DNA of 64,000 nucleotides, from contig CM052816.1 of NCBI GenBank assembly GCA_028534125.1, forward strand, positions 52,578,001 to 52,642,000. The letters are read 5' to 3'. Shown here in pieces: positions 1 to 13,886 of this stretch (positions are counted from its first letter, which is position 1; every line of letters begins with the position of its first letter). Made by a program: the position numbers and the translations under genes. Under the pieces are notes generated by a model, which did no database searches, had not been told where the DNA came from, and saw nothing but the letters and a program-made list of their open reading frames with translations. Source of the DNA: Lama glama (taxonomy: Eukaryota).

Positions 1-1158
1 AGTATAAATTCCTTGGGAGGTGAAAATTTCTGTAAGAGGACGGTGCTCCTGGACCACTTGTCAGCTGGCTCTTATCTGAGTCCAAGGGCATCATCAAACC
101 AACTATTCAAACAAAAAGACCTTGACAAGACAAAGCCAGGACAACTGTTTCTTCAGTAGGATGGGCTCGGCCAGGATCTGTGTCCGCCTTCACGCCCTAT
201 CAAGTCCATTGCCGTTCCAAGGCTCTCAGAGTCCCGGAGATTCATTCTGATTTTTTTTTTCCTTACCACTTCAACTAATGTAAAAAACATGACCACTTCC
301 TGCCCTTTCAAATGGAGGAAAATTCCAGCTCACAGATAAAAACCAGATGCAGTTCTGAGAAACATGTGCAGATGTTTCTCCCATCGAGGGCGTACTGGAG
401 GCCCCTGGGACTGCTCACTACCTGCTGAGCTAATGAGCCACCTCAAGCCTGCAGCTTCGATGCATGTGATGAACTAAGCTCCTCCAGCTCTCCTCTGGCC
501 TGATGGGAGGGGAAAGGCACATTCTGGGGGCAGCCTTGCCACATACTGTGAACACTGCTTTGGGGCTGGAGTAAGTGACTGGCTAACCGTGGTCCTGAAA
601 CAGTCTCCTTCAGAGGCTTGGTCGGCCGGCCAAACAGCCTGTATTCGCTGTGTGTGTCTTCCTGGCTCCATCTCTGGGCACCTTTGGTTACCACAGGCCA
701 CAGGGCCACCTCAAAAGGTCCTGATGGTTTGAAATTCCTCTCTGCTCCCCTATTTAAGGAAGCCTGGAGAAATCAGTTGCAAGCCCTGAAATACACCCTT
801 ACACAGATCTTTCCCCTCCCATTATTTGCAACTGTGTGGCAAAATCACAATGGTAACAGAGCCTGCTTAAGAGAAATAATCATTGTTAGTGTTGAAGGCT
901 GAAATATCAGCACCGTAGCAGCAGGAACCAAAAGAGTGGGAAACGCAGAGAGGAGGTATCATGAACATGGCCATGACCAAGTGTCCTGCCTCCTCCTTCT
1001 CACTATGCACCGTATCTTAGGCTTCCTGAGGGAGCAGTTCTTATGGAGCCTGGAGGACAGCCCAGATCATCCGTTGGTCACAGACCTGGCTCCTTTTTCC
1101 GTAAGCGGTAGGGTGTGCAAGGCACCGAGGGAGCCCACCTCACCTAGCTCAACTGTAC

Positions 1159-1361
1159 CTCATCAACATCGGAACAGGTGACTCCATTCCCTGCGTAGCC
1201 CTCAGGGCAGGGCCCGCACTGAAAGCCATCTCTGGTGTCAGTACAGCGGACGCCGCGGAAACACGGGTTGGAATCACACCGGCGCACCGGGGGTGTCGGG
1301 GATGCCGGGGGTGCGGGGGGCACCAAGGTGTTTGGTGTCGGAGACTGAAAGCTGAGAGGAC
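1159..1361 (-). CDS. THBS4: THBS4 exon 7 (Pro-rich linker plus first EGF-like repeat [12 protein letters not shown]...CSDVDE)
   Basis: Acceptor TTTCTCTAG|GT, donor GAG|GTACAG; 203 nt; six-Cys EGF pattern. Confidence 0.96.
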
Positions 1362-1579
1362 CTAGAGAAAAACAACCACCCACAGGTTTATTCACCGCCA
1401 GGAAAAGAGCTGATACAGAATGAAGTTTAGTTTCCCAATGAACTTCTTTTCCCTTCCCTCCATCTCTGTGCCAAACCTCCAGAAACCACAGCCAACAGAG
1501 CCTCACCCACCCAGGCCCTTCATCAGTTGGCTTCTGCTGGTCCAACTCAGAACGCTCCAGTTACTAGAAAAGCACTTAC

Positions 1580-1631
1580 CACAAGCCTGGCATTCGGCTA
1601 TGGTGTTTCGCAAAAATGATGTTTCCTTGAC
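1580..1631 (-). CDS. THBS4: THBS4 exon 6 (VKETSFLRNTIAECQAC), end of coiled coil with CxxC
   Basis: Not in the ORF track; read directly. Acceptor TTTCTAAAG|GTC, donor TG|GTAAGT; 52 nt; keeps frame between exons 5 and 7. Confidence 0.95.
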
Positions 1632-1981
1632 CTTTAGAAATGGGAAGGGGGAAAAAAAAAAAGCTGGAGAAGGAGTACCTGATGTATAATCCAGGGATGG
1701 AAGAATCCATGTGTAGCAAGCTATTAAACATTTCTCAAAGGAGTGCTGAAGTAGCCCTTGGTGGCTCCCACTCCGCTTGGAGCTCTGGTGCGTGTATTAC
1801 ATGCCAGTCCCCCCTTTGCAGAGCCCTTCTAGCAGAGCCCCGGGGCAGCGGGCTGCGTGGGGCCACCCGAGGTCTGGCCCCAGGTCCGCCTCCCTGCCTC
1901 TGCGGGCCTGCAGTCCACGAGCTCCAACAGAGAGCTTCTCTTAAGACTGGGGCTTTCTGGACTGTGTGTCTTGCTTGTTAC

Positions 1982-2064
1982 CTGCTGTCTCAGAAGATCC
2001 TTCACTTCTCCCAGTAGCTGGTTTAGTTGTGACATTTGCCCCAAGAACTGCCGATTAAAGTCTC
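1982..2064 (-). CDS. THBS4: THBS4 exon 5 ([28 protein letters not shown]), coiled coil
   Basis: Acceptor CCTACAG|GA, donor CAG|GTAACA; 83 nt; COMP/TSP-type pentamerisation heptads. Confidence 0.96.
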
Positions 2065-2450
2065 CTGTAGGAATAGCAGAAGGTAAGGAGCATTCAGCCA
2101 ATCACAACCATTTCTATGGCGACTCAAAAACAAATGATTTCCCAGAGAATCAGCATGACAAAAACCTCGGGTATAGGAATTTACCTTGAGGTCATTCATC
2201 TAATTCACCCCCAAAAATAATGACGATCATGCCCCTGACGAGTTAGTCCAAATTCCTATGAGTTATAAAAATAAAAGTGCAGGAAAAATATTTCTTGCCC
2301 TCGACTTTGGCACAAGAGCCTGGTTTCTGTAGATAAGTCCTGTGGGACTGCTCTAACAGCCCCCCTTTCGATGAGGGGACCCAGCTCATCCAGGGGCCTG
2401 GGGGTTTGTCTGTGTTGACGGAGGGGCGCAAACAGCCCGAGAGCCCACAC

Positions 2451-2559
2451 CTGTGCCTGTGGCGGCCAGTGGCTCACTCTGCTGCAGGAAGCAGTCCTGC
2501 AGGCTGGCCACCTGGAACAGTGAGCCTCTCACCACCAGCTTCAGCTCTTCCAAGGAGTC
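2451..2559 (-). CDS. THBS4: THBS4 exon 4 ([36 protein letters not shown])
   Basis: Acceptor TTTCTTCCAG|GA, donor CAG|GTGTGG; 109 nt. Confidence 0.95.
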
Positions 2560-4467
2560 CTGGAAGAAATGAGATTCATACCACACATTGCTGATGCCAT
2601 TCAAAAGCCAATGAGCTTGCAGACGCACACAATTTTCATAACCAAGGAGGCCCTGACGTCTTACATAATTTTGTGGGTTTGCATTTTTCCTGAAGACTGT
2701 CAGCCCTATCCTTTTGACTGAAGCAAATACAGAAGTAGCCAGGAGCCTAGAAAAATGCTGGCATCGAATGAGGCCTGAGAGTTCAAGGTGACTAAGAGAA
2801 AAGGCTGTTTTCCTTCATGGTAAATAAGTTATTTTGTGGCCGGGGCCTCTTAAGAATTGTCTGTTTATGGAGTTCTGACTGTAATGAATAAGATACTGAT
2901 CTCAATTTTAAACACTTATTGTTTTTAGGGCGTCTTGGCTCCAGGTTTTCAGAAAGTCCCTTGTTTCCTTGGATTATGAGAATGAATAAACAGTGGACTC
3001 TAGGATATAAATTTCATGTATTTTCACATTACTGGTTGGTATCAATCATTCATTGTTAGCCAGGAGGTCAATTTCCTCACCTTTATTTTGTAGTTTTTAC
3101 TTGTACCCATTATTTTATACATATATGATGGAAAAAGTTTATGTTAACTGTCGACATAAAGTTATCATCCTTAGTTTAGAAATGAGCATGCTAAGTAATT
3201 TCAGAGGAACTTTTTTTCTGATTTTCAATTCCGCTAAATTAAGATGCACGCAGCCCCTGCTACATCACAGAGACCGTGTTGGAAGCAGACCGTAAACTCT
3301 TTGGAGGCTGGGCCATAATGGTTTTGCCCACTGCGGTGACCCTAATGCCTAGAATGGCCTGTTAATTGACTGACTGACTGACTGAGAAGGTGAACAGAAG
3401 ATAGGGCACTGTGGTCATGTTGATAGTCAAAGGAGGTAGAAATTCTGAAGAAAATTGCAAAAAGTTCCATCCATTTCCGATAATCTTGTCATGGCTGACT
3501 CCCGGCTCTGACTTACTGGGTGGTGGATACTAATTTCTGAAATGGCCAGTGACACGATTTCTGTCATTCTGATTATTCGGGCTACTTTGGGGATTCAGAA
3601 ATGAAATTTAGCATCTCTCTCCATCATTTTTTCTCTATATGTAAGTCCACACTAAATACATATACATCTCTTTCTCCCTCTCTCCAAACTTGGATTTTAC
3701 CTATCTTGAAATTTCTGCTTGAAAATGCTCCCTATTTTTCAGGCACAAAGTCTAGTATCAGATTCATAGTTTTTATATTATTATCTAAAACTTCTCAGCA
3801 TTCCTGGTTGTCATGGAAATTACCATTTACACTCTGCTTCTTTGTACAAAGGGGTCAGAACAACTTGGTAAAAGCACATATAATTTAGTTAAAACACATA
3901 CAATAATGAAACAGAAATGGAAAATGCTGACTGAGATACAGAAGACAACAGTATGAGGCAGAAAAGATGAATATAGTGACTGATTTTGGCACTCACTTCC
4001 ACATCAGATGAAATTCAGGAACTATAACCAGTTACAGTAATGATTAATAGAAAAGAAAGAATGCTACTTATTTCTTAGAAACAAAGTATTTCCTATCACA
4101 AAATTCTAAAAGAAATACGTGTGGCAATTTCTACAGTAGGTGCAATGATGTAATGAAAAAAATACCATCAACATGGCATAAACAGAAAACAGAGGTGATT
4201 AGACTTTTAAGGCCTCATGGAACTCAGCTGGCCGTAAGGTCCTTTTTGTCAGCAGGGATGTTCTAGAGGGACCTGTGAAAAATACGGTTCCTGGTGCTGG
4301 CCAATTTCCAGTCATTCTTTTCCACTTTCATTAAAAAATAATAAATAGCAACATTAGAGAAAGATTAAAAATAGATCATCCTATTGCCCTAAGATAGTTT
4401 AAAAATCTTTGCTATTCCTTTCCAGCTTTACCATTATATCCCCAAACGATCCACTTATCGTCTAAAG

Positions 4468-4643
4468 CAGCAGCGCTCAATTTTGACTTCACGTTAGAAT
4501 CAGTATTTTGAAGAACACTAATGCCTAGGCATCATCCCTGTAGATTCTGGTTTAATCCGTCTTGAGGGTGGGCCCTCTACTATCAGTTTTTCAAGTCCCA
4601 TAGTGATTGATTCTAATATGCAGCCAGAATTAGACCCACTCTC
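4468..4643. mobile_element. MER5-like hAT element
   Basis: CACGTTAGAATCA...GATTCTAATATGCAGCCAGAATTAGACCCACT. Confidence 0.65.
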
Positions 4644-4722
4644 GACCTCAGCCCATCCTCTGCCTTCCCTGAGCCTCAGCAAGCCAGCTTTCCACTGCGG
4701 AGGATGGTTTGTGGGTTCCTAC

Positions 4723-4970
4723 CTGTGCCCTCCTCTGGAAAGTCCTCAGTTCAACAGACCCCGGACTCTGGGAGAGGCCAGAAAAGGCCCTGGGGAGGTT
4801 CTGAATGGCGTCCACCTGCGAGCAGTCCACGTAGAGCTCTACAGAGCCGGCCCCTCGGTGCAGGTTGGTCAGTTTCAGGAGGACCCTGTGCCGCCTGCCA
4901 TCAGCCAGCTGCAGGTTGTTGAAAACCACCAAATGTATCTTCCCATCGTTCTTCAGGTAACGGAGGATGG
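4723..4970 (-). CDS. THBS4: THBS4 exon 3 ([11 protein letters not shown]...[10 protein letters not shown])
   Basis: Acceptor GGTTCCAG|CC, donor CAG|GTAGGA; 248 nt; within ORF 4648..4986. Confidence 0.96.
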
Positions 4971-7900
4971 CTGGAACCAAGCACACAGACCAGTGAATGA
5001 TGGGCTAAGGGGGACGGGGGTGATGCTGTGCTGAACAGCCTCCAGGTGACAATGACAAGGCTGGGTCAGTGGGAAAAAAAATGCAAGCAAGTCATGATCA
5101 GAAATGCTCAACGTCTCGTGTGCCAGGCATTGCTCTGGGCACTGCCAACCCACTCGGTCACTGAGGATGTTTTGTCCTCATGAAAAGACAGACAATAAGT
5201 ACTAAATGTGAAAATAAAATGATATAATTCCAGACAGTGATAAGTACAATGACCGAGCAGAACCCGCCAAGTCAGCTAACGTCCAAGCAAGCTCCCGACG
5301 ACACAAATTCATTAGTTCACCGAACATCTACCGAGCACTCCTAGGGGGCTGGGTGCTGCCCTCACTCACTGCAACGACGACGCGCGAGGAACGTGAAGCT
5401 CAGGGAAGCAAAGGAACTTGCTCAAGGATGTAGCAAGTGACAAGACTAGACTGAAACAGTGCGGTTTATTCTACGATTAAAAGCATGGTAGACACGCCGA
5501 GGCCTTTGTACACATATGGTGAGTCGAGTGTCATCTGTCATATCGGCCCTCAGCAACTCACTGTCGGACTTTGTTATAACAAAGCTCAGTCAGAAAACCA
5601 GAGGTACACATGGTTGCAAAGGAGGGAGTCGGTGGGAGATCCACTGTCTTAAACAAAAAAGACGCTCCCAGTATTTTGTTGAATGGAAAAAAGGTTATGA
5701 ATCAGTATAGTTTCATTCTGAAAAAAAGAATTCGTAAGACCTGGAAGACAGACTGGCTAGACGGCCCTTCTATGACTGTAGTACAACACGACGCTTCCGG
5801 GAGGAAAGGATTGGTAAGACTTAAATAAATGTGGTATGAAGAGAAAGCAAGCAGATGCGAGTAGAAATTCTTGAGGTATTTTAAGTATGGGATACAACAG
5901 GAGTTTTACCCCTTTATTGAATATTGTTGAGAATTTATAATAGTAACTACATGGCTGGAAATTGGAGGCATGGGGTACCCAACAGGGGGGGAAAGTTGAG
6001 CCCAAACATATGCGCTATTTCAAGTTTTTAAAACGTCTATTTCTTTCCTTTTTAAAAAGAGCTTTGCACGTCTCTGGAGTTTTTAAGAGGCCAACGAAAA
6101 CAGCACCTGGTCCACCAGACTTCAATCAGGTCACAGACACACATACGCAGGACCTTACTTTCGCTACGGCCATAACCTCTGTTCCTCAGTAACAGTTTAA
6201 GAGGATACACACAGCAGCTTCAAACAAATACCCTTGGTTTTTCTCCCCAGACTGAGATTTCTGCGGAATTCAAAGGAAACCTATTTTCATGGGCTTCTTG
6301 CCTGCTTTTAGCAGGCCTTCCAGGGCCTGTGGGCCATGATTTACTTTCATAAGTGACTTGCTAAGTTTAATTTTATACATAGTACCTAGTGGAGTGCTTT
6401 ACACCCAACAGGTGCACATTAAAGGTTGTGAATATGAACTTCCAATGAATAATTAAACGATTGCATTGAAACCTTTTCGCATATAAATTAGAAAGTTTAG
6501 AGAGTGTTTAGAGCAATTCAACATCTACCGCAGGCAGCAAAACCGACTCTTGTGATCAGCTGTTATTTAAGGGTATGCTATACTTCTGCCTTGCTTTGTG
6601 TTCAGTGCAACACTGAAATGACAGAGTCCTCATGCTCTTAGATCTTGTGACAACAGCAGGAGGAAAAAAAGGAAAAGAATTATGGAAACTTCCATCTTCC
6701 CAACGTCTGTTACAGAAAAATTACCAAGTGCTTTGACATTTACCATGCTTCACACCTGATCCAGTAATTCTCATTTCTCTTATGGCTTCCATTTTTCATT
6801 TGTATTGTGAATTCCTTACTTCAGTGCTTCTGTATTTATTTTATCTTCAGAGCAGTAAGACTATCCCAGAGGGTAGACAGGCACCTGCTCAGAAAACTCA
6901 ACACCTTCACATCAGTCACACTGAGTCTAGGAAAACAGCCTAAAGCTCTGATGCCAGGAGTCTGCAGCCAGGGAGTTTCGCTGACTTTCTCCAGAAGCAG
7001 CATCATCAGAGGGAAAAGAACAGACATGGTTCCCTTGCTTTCTCTGATCCCCCTTTCCCAACTCACCTCACCCAGTCTTAGCCCAACACACACACATAGC
7101 AGAGGGGAGCAAGACAGAGGGGAAAATACTAGCCAGTAGGACTGTCACTCCCCCCTCCCAGGAAGAGTGAAAAGCCCAGCTGGAAGCTGGAAGGAGTGGT
7201 CTTCTGGTCCACCCCACCTCTGCCCCTCACTGCCCAGTGAGCACCGCACACAGGACAACAAGGCTGCGTACAGCTCTGCGTCTTCAGCTGAGGCACATTC
7301 AGTTCTCTTGCTCACATCTCACTGAAACAAGCTGGCTTGGTGATTTCCACCTGGTTCTCTTGCAGTGTGAGTACCAAGAACGCATCTGATGAGATCTGAA
7401 GGTTGCAGGTCTTCAAATGGCATTTCTGCCTCTACTCTGTTGCATCTCTGGGTTCCTCTGCCAGATTCCTGACTCACCTTCCTGCTGGGGGTCTCTTTCG
7501 GTGCAATCTTTCCAGATTGACAGCTTGAGCTTCTTATAGGACTGCTCTGACCAAGTTATTGCCTTCTCAATGCAACACACAATGAACCAATGAAATCCTT
7601 CACTAGCTCCCAAGTGCTTCCTCATTAATGTCTATCCCAGGGCTGGCTCAGCCTTCCCGCCACCTTCCACGCTGCTGATAACCAGCCAAGCTGAACCACC
7701 TGTTCTAACAGCCCGCTGTCACTCCTCTCTAGCATTTCCCAGCCTCCCTCATCCTTTTCTTTCTGTGCAGAATGTTCTCTTCTCCATTGCTCTCCCTCCT
7801 ACTTCACCATTGTTAGAAACCTGAAGCCAAATCTAGCTCAAACGCACCGAACTCCCTCTAGCCTTCCTTCTTCTTCCGCACGGCTGGAAGTCACCTGCCT

Positions 7901-8347
7901 CACTCCCTTTCTCGGGGCTTTTCTAGGTGTACTTCTCCGGGACTTGATTCCAGGCATGGCTCGGATACTTACTACCCATGTGACTCTGGGCCTGACATGT
8001 TCATTTCTGAAACTATCAAAAGGAGTTAATAAAAGCTGCCCTTCTTACTTCATTTTGTTTTCAGTGGTTGTCAAATAAAAACATGCAAAACTATGAACTG
8101 CTGTACAAATGTGGGAATTGGTATGTTCATTTGCATTTATTTCTTATCTTCTCTACTAGAACATAAATCTTTGGGACCAGGAATCTATTTCTTCCTAGTT
8201 TTCCCATATGCCAGAGCCTCTGAGAACAGCAAATACAACTATTTATTGAATGAAAAAAATGGATAAAATATTCATGTGTTCACTCTGATTTTTTATTTTT
8301 TAAAATATTTTTAAACTCTAGTTATTTAAAAAAATGTATTTAAAAAC

Positions 8348-8466
8348 TTTTTGGTGGGGGTAATTAGGTTTGTTTATTTATTTACGTAATGGAAGCACTA
8401 GGGATTGAACCCAGGACCTTGTGCATGCTAAGCAGGCACTCTACCACTGAGCTATATTCTGCCCCT
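8348..8466 (-). mobile_element. tRNA-Ala-derived SINE (camelid Vic-1 type)
   Basis: Reverse complement reads TATAGCTCAGTGGTAGAG...CTTAGCATGCACAAGGTCCTGGGTTCAATCCC, followed by an (ATAA)n-CCTAATTACCCCC tail. Confidence 0.88.
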
Positions 8467-9499
8467 CAACATTCTGATTTTTTAAAATCCACAATCTTTT
8501 AAAAATGTGGGGAGCAGTTTCACTTGGTTTCTTTATATAAATCCTTTCCTTCCAAATTACTATCTTCGTGTACTTGAGAATTTGGAGCCTGTTTTTATGG
8601 CTACATTTCCATGCCTGGGGACCAGCCTGACAGGAAGCACGTAGCCTTGCCTGACTAAATGCCATCTCCATGACGGGTAGGAGATGAGGCAGCAAACCCA
8701 AGCAGTGAAGATGTGAAATACTGCTATCTTGGGAAAGAATTTTCAAAAGGTGCTTTTTGAAAAGTGGACTGGGTAGTCAGAAATATGATGATGTGTTGAA
8801 TGTCGAAGCAATGAAGCAGGGTGCCAGCTCCAAAGAACTGGAAATGATAATATTTTGTCTGCTTGGGCAAAGGAGTTCAGAGAAACCCGGCCTGCAGGCA
8901 GCAAACTCGGAAACATCGTCCGGGGCTTTCTGCTTTGCTTGGCAAATGGTTTTGCTCTTTGGCACTTTTAACTATATGATGAAAGCCACTGCTGTCAACC
9001 TTTCCTCCCCTTCGTAAATAACTGTACATTAAAAAAAAAGCCTTCTTGCCAGTAATGTCCCCTGTGAGGGACGTTCTTCTTTGTCTTCACTCATCTTCAT
9101 GCTCTATACGCCAGGTCTTTGTAACTTTAGTGCTTTGGAAATACACATAAAAGGTAAATCATCAAACTGCTTTTCCTCTAAGTACTCTAGGTGACTCCCA
9201 GGTGTGGCAAATGCAGTCTGTGTGTTTTGAAATTTTCTTACAGTCATTTAAACCAATGTAAAATTTACAGAAAACACACACGCACAAACACATGCACACA
9301 TGGAGCAAAGAAAACACCCAGTGAAAGGAAGCGCAGCAATTAAACACTTAACACCTGCAAAGGGCTTCATGTTTTGATAAGTTATGAGGCATCACTGTAC
9401 ACAACTATCTGGTAGGCGACAGAGCTGTAAGTACACACGGAATCCCAAGGTCATGGCACAGGAGAGAGTTGCAAAGCAATTTCTTAAACGTCCATGGAA

Positions 9500-11990
9500 C
9501 GCTCTCTAGCCTTAGTAGAGCCACAGAGTACCAGCATTATATAAGTCATCCAGCTTAATCTCTCCCCTCACAAATCCCTTCAATAAAAGTGCAGCCTCTA
9601 CCAGCCCATTTCCAGTAACAAAGAACTCATTACTTTGCAGAAAAATCCATTTCACTTTTGGATTGCTCCCCAAGATTTTCCTAATTCAGGGCCAAAATCT
9701 ATTTCCTCTGACTTCTACCAGTGTGTCCTAATTTTACTCTTCAGAATTACAGACAGAAATAATCTTATCCTCAATCAAAATGATATTCTTCAAATATTTT
9801 AAGGCAACTTTCATCTCTCTATGTCTTCTGACTCCTTTATTTCTCCAGTTCCTTTTAACTTTTTGACTTTTGACGTGGTTAAAAAAAAAAAGGGAACCAG
9901 AGGGGTGCTGGTTTGGTGACTCCCAAGGTAATCTCTGACTTGACAGGGTCCCTGGGAAACACGTCCACAACCAGACACAGTACTCTAAGATGTGGCGGGA
10001 CAATTAAGAGTACATTGGGACTGTTAGCTCCCTTAATCTGTCCACATGCACATATTAATGAAGCCTAAAATGTATGAAGCTTAAAGTTTATGAATCTTTT
10101 TTAAAAAGTTGCATCCGTATATCTGTTCATTCATTCATTCAACAAACATTTTTGAGCAACTAAGTGTCAGGCACTGAGCTCAACACTGGCTGGTTCTTCA
10201 TGTTGTTGACTAGAGCATTTAGGATAGGGTCTCCCACATTCTCTATGTCTGCAATTTACTTTCCACTCCTAGAGGATGGGTTGACATTTATTGTTGTTAA
10301 ATTTCATCTGATTGTGACATATTGTGTCAGCCTGGTAGGATCTTGTAAATCTTGATGATGGCATCTGACATATTCAACTGTCTTTTCCAGCTTTGTGCCA
10401 ATTGCAAACATAATAAAATATTGTCTATGTTTTCACCTAAGTCACGTATATATTGAAAAGTTCAATGCCTGGGGTAGAGCCTTGTAGGAAACCACCAGGT
10501 ATTTTGCTCTAAGGCAATTTACCAACCCCTAACAGTACTATTTATCTAGTTCACTTTTTTAAAAAAAATATTCAGAAAGGTATAATGGGTGACTTCATTA
10601 AAGTCATTAAAAAGTGCATCATGATTTATTTTTAGTAAACCCATTTGTCTTCAAATAATCCTAGCTTTCTTTTCCAGGCAATTCCAAAATGTGTGAATAA
10701 TAACACAACCCTCTGGGGGCTTGTCTGAAAGTTTACTAAAATTCTTTCCACTTTCTGCATATGACCACTTTATAACTGAGCTTGTTCAAGGGTACCTCTT
10801 AAGAATACTGTGAAAGTTTGAAAGGAAAATGAGTGTTAAGCCTTTAGCACAGCCCTGGTTCCTTGTAAGGGCTCCATAAACACATATATTATTATTAGTG
10901 TTTGAGGCATCTCATTTTTTCCCCTTCATTATTTGGTTCAGAATTCTAGTCTTTAAACTCCTCCGTCCCTCTCAAGCTGTATCTCTTTTTAAACTGCAGG
11001 CTTCAGAACAACTACTCTGAACTATTTGACATCTCCTATCATAGGCTTGACTGGCTCTATTCTATTCTCCAGAATTCCTGCTAATTCTTGGGGTTCCCTT
11101 CATTTCCACAGCACCAAGTTGTTTCCACGTGGCTATCAAATCAAGACTAAAGATGCAAGGTAGGTGGGTATAGCTCAGTGGTAGAGTGCATGCCATGTAT
11201 GCATCAGGTCCTGGGTTCAATCCGAGGTACCTCCATTAAAAATAAATAAATAAATCTAATCCCACCCCCCAGATTTTTTTTTTAAAAGACTAAAGAAGCA
11301 GTCTTCTTATGCTTTTTCTGAAAGAGGAAGCTTCATTAAGGTAAGCCAAGAATTCACCAAATCATCACTTTTGGAAGACAGTTGCCTAAATACTAGAGGT
11401 GTCTGTCTCTCATCCAGCCATCCATCCATCTATCCAGCTAGTACAAGAACCTGAGATTTACTGAGCTTCACAATCTAAGCAATGTTATACTTTATATAAG
11501 TCAGTTCTTGCAATCAACGTGGGAAGTAGCTATTATCATTCCCACTTTAATGATAGTAAATCGAGGCTAAGAGCAATTCAGAGCTGTATTCATGGTGACA
11601 CAGTTGTTAAGATTTTTAACTGTAACTCAAACTCGGGATACTAACTGGAAAGTTGCCTCTATGCCAGATTCAAGAAAATCATCAACTATATCTTCTACCA
11701 AGCCAGGTGGTTTCTGTAGAAAGCTTATTTCTACCAAGATCGTACCACCTGCTTTACTAGTAGTCTGATAGAGCATGTCTATCAGAAATACTACCTGTAT
11801 TTCTCTTACAACCTCATCTAAATGATCTTCACCACGCATCCATTTAAAAAATGATTCTGAGCCAGAACTACTATGTGACAGATATCGTACACCTTTAGAG
11901 TTGCCACAATAATGTATGTCTTTTTTGTTTGTTTTAAACAAAGCTACTTTTCTCAGCCTTCATTTATCCTATCCTATCTGTTCACCAGTC
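9500..11990 (-). mobile_element. Ancient CR1/L3 LINE remnant (interrupted by L2/MIR fragments and a SINE)
   Basis: Decayed L3-like 3' sequence around 9500-10700; ORF 11627..11941 contains FLQKPPGLVEDIVDDFL, resembling the CR1 endonuclease YRPP..E..D..F motif. Boundaries approximate. Confidence 0.6.
11158..11285 (+). mobile_element. Vic-1-type SINE with 15-bp TSD
   Basis: Pol III A/B boxes TAGCTCAGTGG and GGTTCAATCC; TSD AAGACTAAAGA(T/A)GCA at 11143-11157 and 11286-11300. Confidence 0.9.
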
Positions 11991-13886
11991 ACTTCTTTGT
12001 ACAGGGCACAAAGGAGCTACAGGCTGCAGTAAACACACAGATGAGTTAAGAGATGCTCAGTTCCTGCCTTAAGGGAGCTTATACCTCCTGGAGTAAAGAT
12101 CTGTAAGTCATTCACACAAGGCAAACTAACAGCAGCGCCTCCTCTAGAGGTACAAAGTCACAGAAGGGAAGGTGTCAGAAGGGGTGTGATTTCAGTATCT
12201 GGCGATGGTGCAGGGCATGTCCTGGGGGGAGCAAAGGGCAAGAGGAAAAGAACAGACAAGGGGAGACAGCATGAGTGGGCCCAGGGAACGGTAGTTAGTC
12301 CACCCAGCTGAAGCACAGGCGGCACAGTGGCTGGAAGGATGGACAGGTTGTCAAGGCTGGCTGGGAGTCAGGCAGTGGAAAGCCCTGAATGCCCAGCAGG
12401 GGTGTATGCACTTTATTCTGTTTGGGATGGGAAGGCACTACACATCCTGGGGTCAGGCCTACCTTGACCCAGTGACGAGTTGGCCATGGTAGGCCGACTT
12501 GGCAGAGCGTGAGAGTAGAAAGAGACCAGTGGCAAACTCATTCCTTGTGGCTGTTATGAGACACACTTTAGTTTCTTGTAGGAGCTCATCTAGGGCCCAG
12601 ACAACCAAATCCTGCTCTTTGAAACTGTACAGTCATCGTCTCCCAAATTATGGCCTTTAATAGACGGAAAGTTCTATCCTATTTCCTACTCCGGGATTTT
12701 AAGTCACTAGAGATACATCTTAATCTCCTGTTTCAGTCTTTTCTATGCAAAGCAACAGCAGAGGAGGTCAGCTGAGCCTTGACAGTTGAATAAAGATGGG
12801 GGCTCAAATTCCAGGCAGATGATTCTCCCACCACCGTCCACAATCACGGCAGGGGTGCATGGCCACATGTATGGGCAGGCCACTCAAGAGGGCTGCTCTC
12901 TTGCTCTTCGTCCGTCCCCTGCTGGGCCAGTCCCTACTTCACCTGCACCCCACTCACAAAAACGTGCTCGCTCCCTGCCGCAGCCAGTGTGTGTTCTAAC
13001 CCTTAGGCCAGAACGGCTCCGCCTGCTAGTTTATTAAAGGGAGACATCTGCTCTCATGATGGTCATTCACCTGAGGGGTTGTGAAGGCTGTGCCCCAGCT
13101 GCTGGTTTCCCTGGTAACGGATGAGCCAACCTGACATCTATTTCCCCATAAAGGATAGCCTCCTCCTCCCTAGCAGAGGAAAGACCGCTGCCTTGTCCTG
13201 CCTGCCGGGGTGGGGTGTCCCTCCAGGACTTTGTTTCAGACATGTAAGATCCCCTACCCAATAAACCGCTGACGTCTCTGTTGCTGTTTCTGGGCTCCTT
13301 CTTCAGATTCAAGGCTGGGCAACCACAAGGCATGTAGGCCTGTGGGGTGCAGCTCCAAACCACCACTGAACACGTCAGTGAGGAGCCACAACCACATGCC
13401 ACGCCTTTTCCTTGGACCTGGAGGACCCAGCGACCACCCTTTCTTGTTCCAGTCAGAATGGGCTGCTGCTCCTTTTTTTTTAAAAGAACTTTCAGACTCA
13501 CCAGTGATGGCAAATCTGTACTTTTTCCTATTGCTCCAGTGAAATTTCTGTGTCAAATTCTTCAACTCTCCGAACTCTAATACAAGTATAAATTCCTCTT
13601 TGTTGTCTGAGAATTGTTATTTCTGGATTCTCTAAGACTCCCTTTAAGAAATATTTTTCCTAAGACTACTTATGTTTCCTAGTAGGTTGGCGGGTAGAGA
13701 GGTGTTCACAATCCTTTCCCCGTCCTTCCCCTCTGACGTGGAGATCAGCTGGTATTCATAGCTGACTCCAATGACTGGTGATTCTTCAAAAGAAATACAC
13801 CAACAACCCCCTTACCCACCCATCTACCTGCCCACGTGGCCGGCACTACCCCGGCCTATCCAGAGTGAACACAAAGAATCAGCTCA

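Noticed and set aside
11158..11235. tRNA-Ala-like sequences (five copies in the window)
   Set aside because: They have AT-rich tails, TSDs and broken stems, so they are SINEs rather than tRNA genes.
13067..13580. Cluster of 66-148 aa ORFs in THBS4 intron 2
   Set aside because: No recognisable domain, splice context or processed-pseudogene hallmarks.
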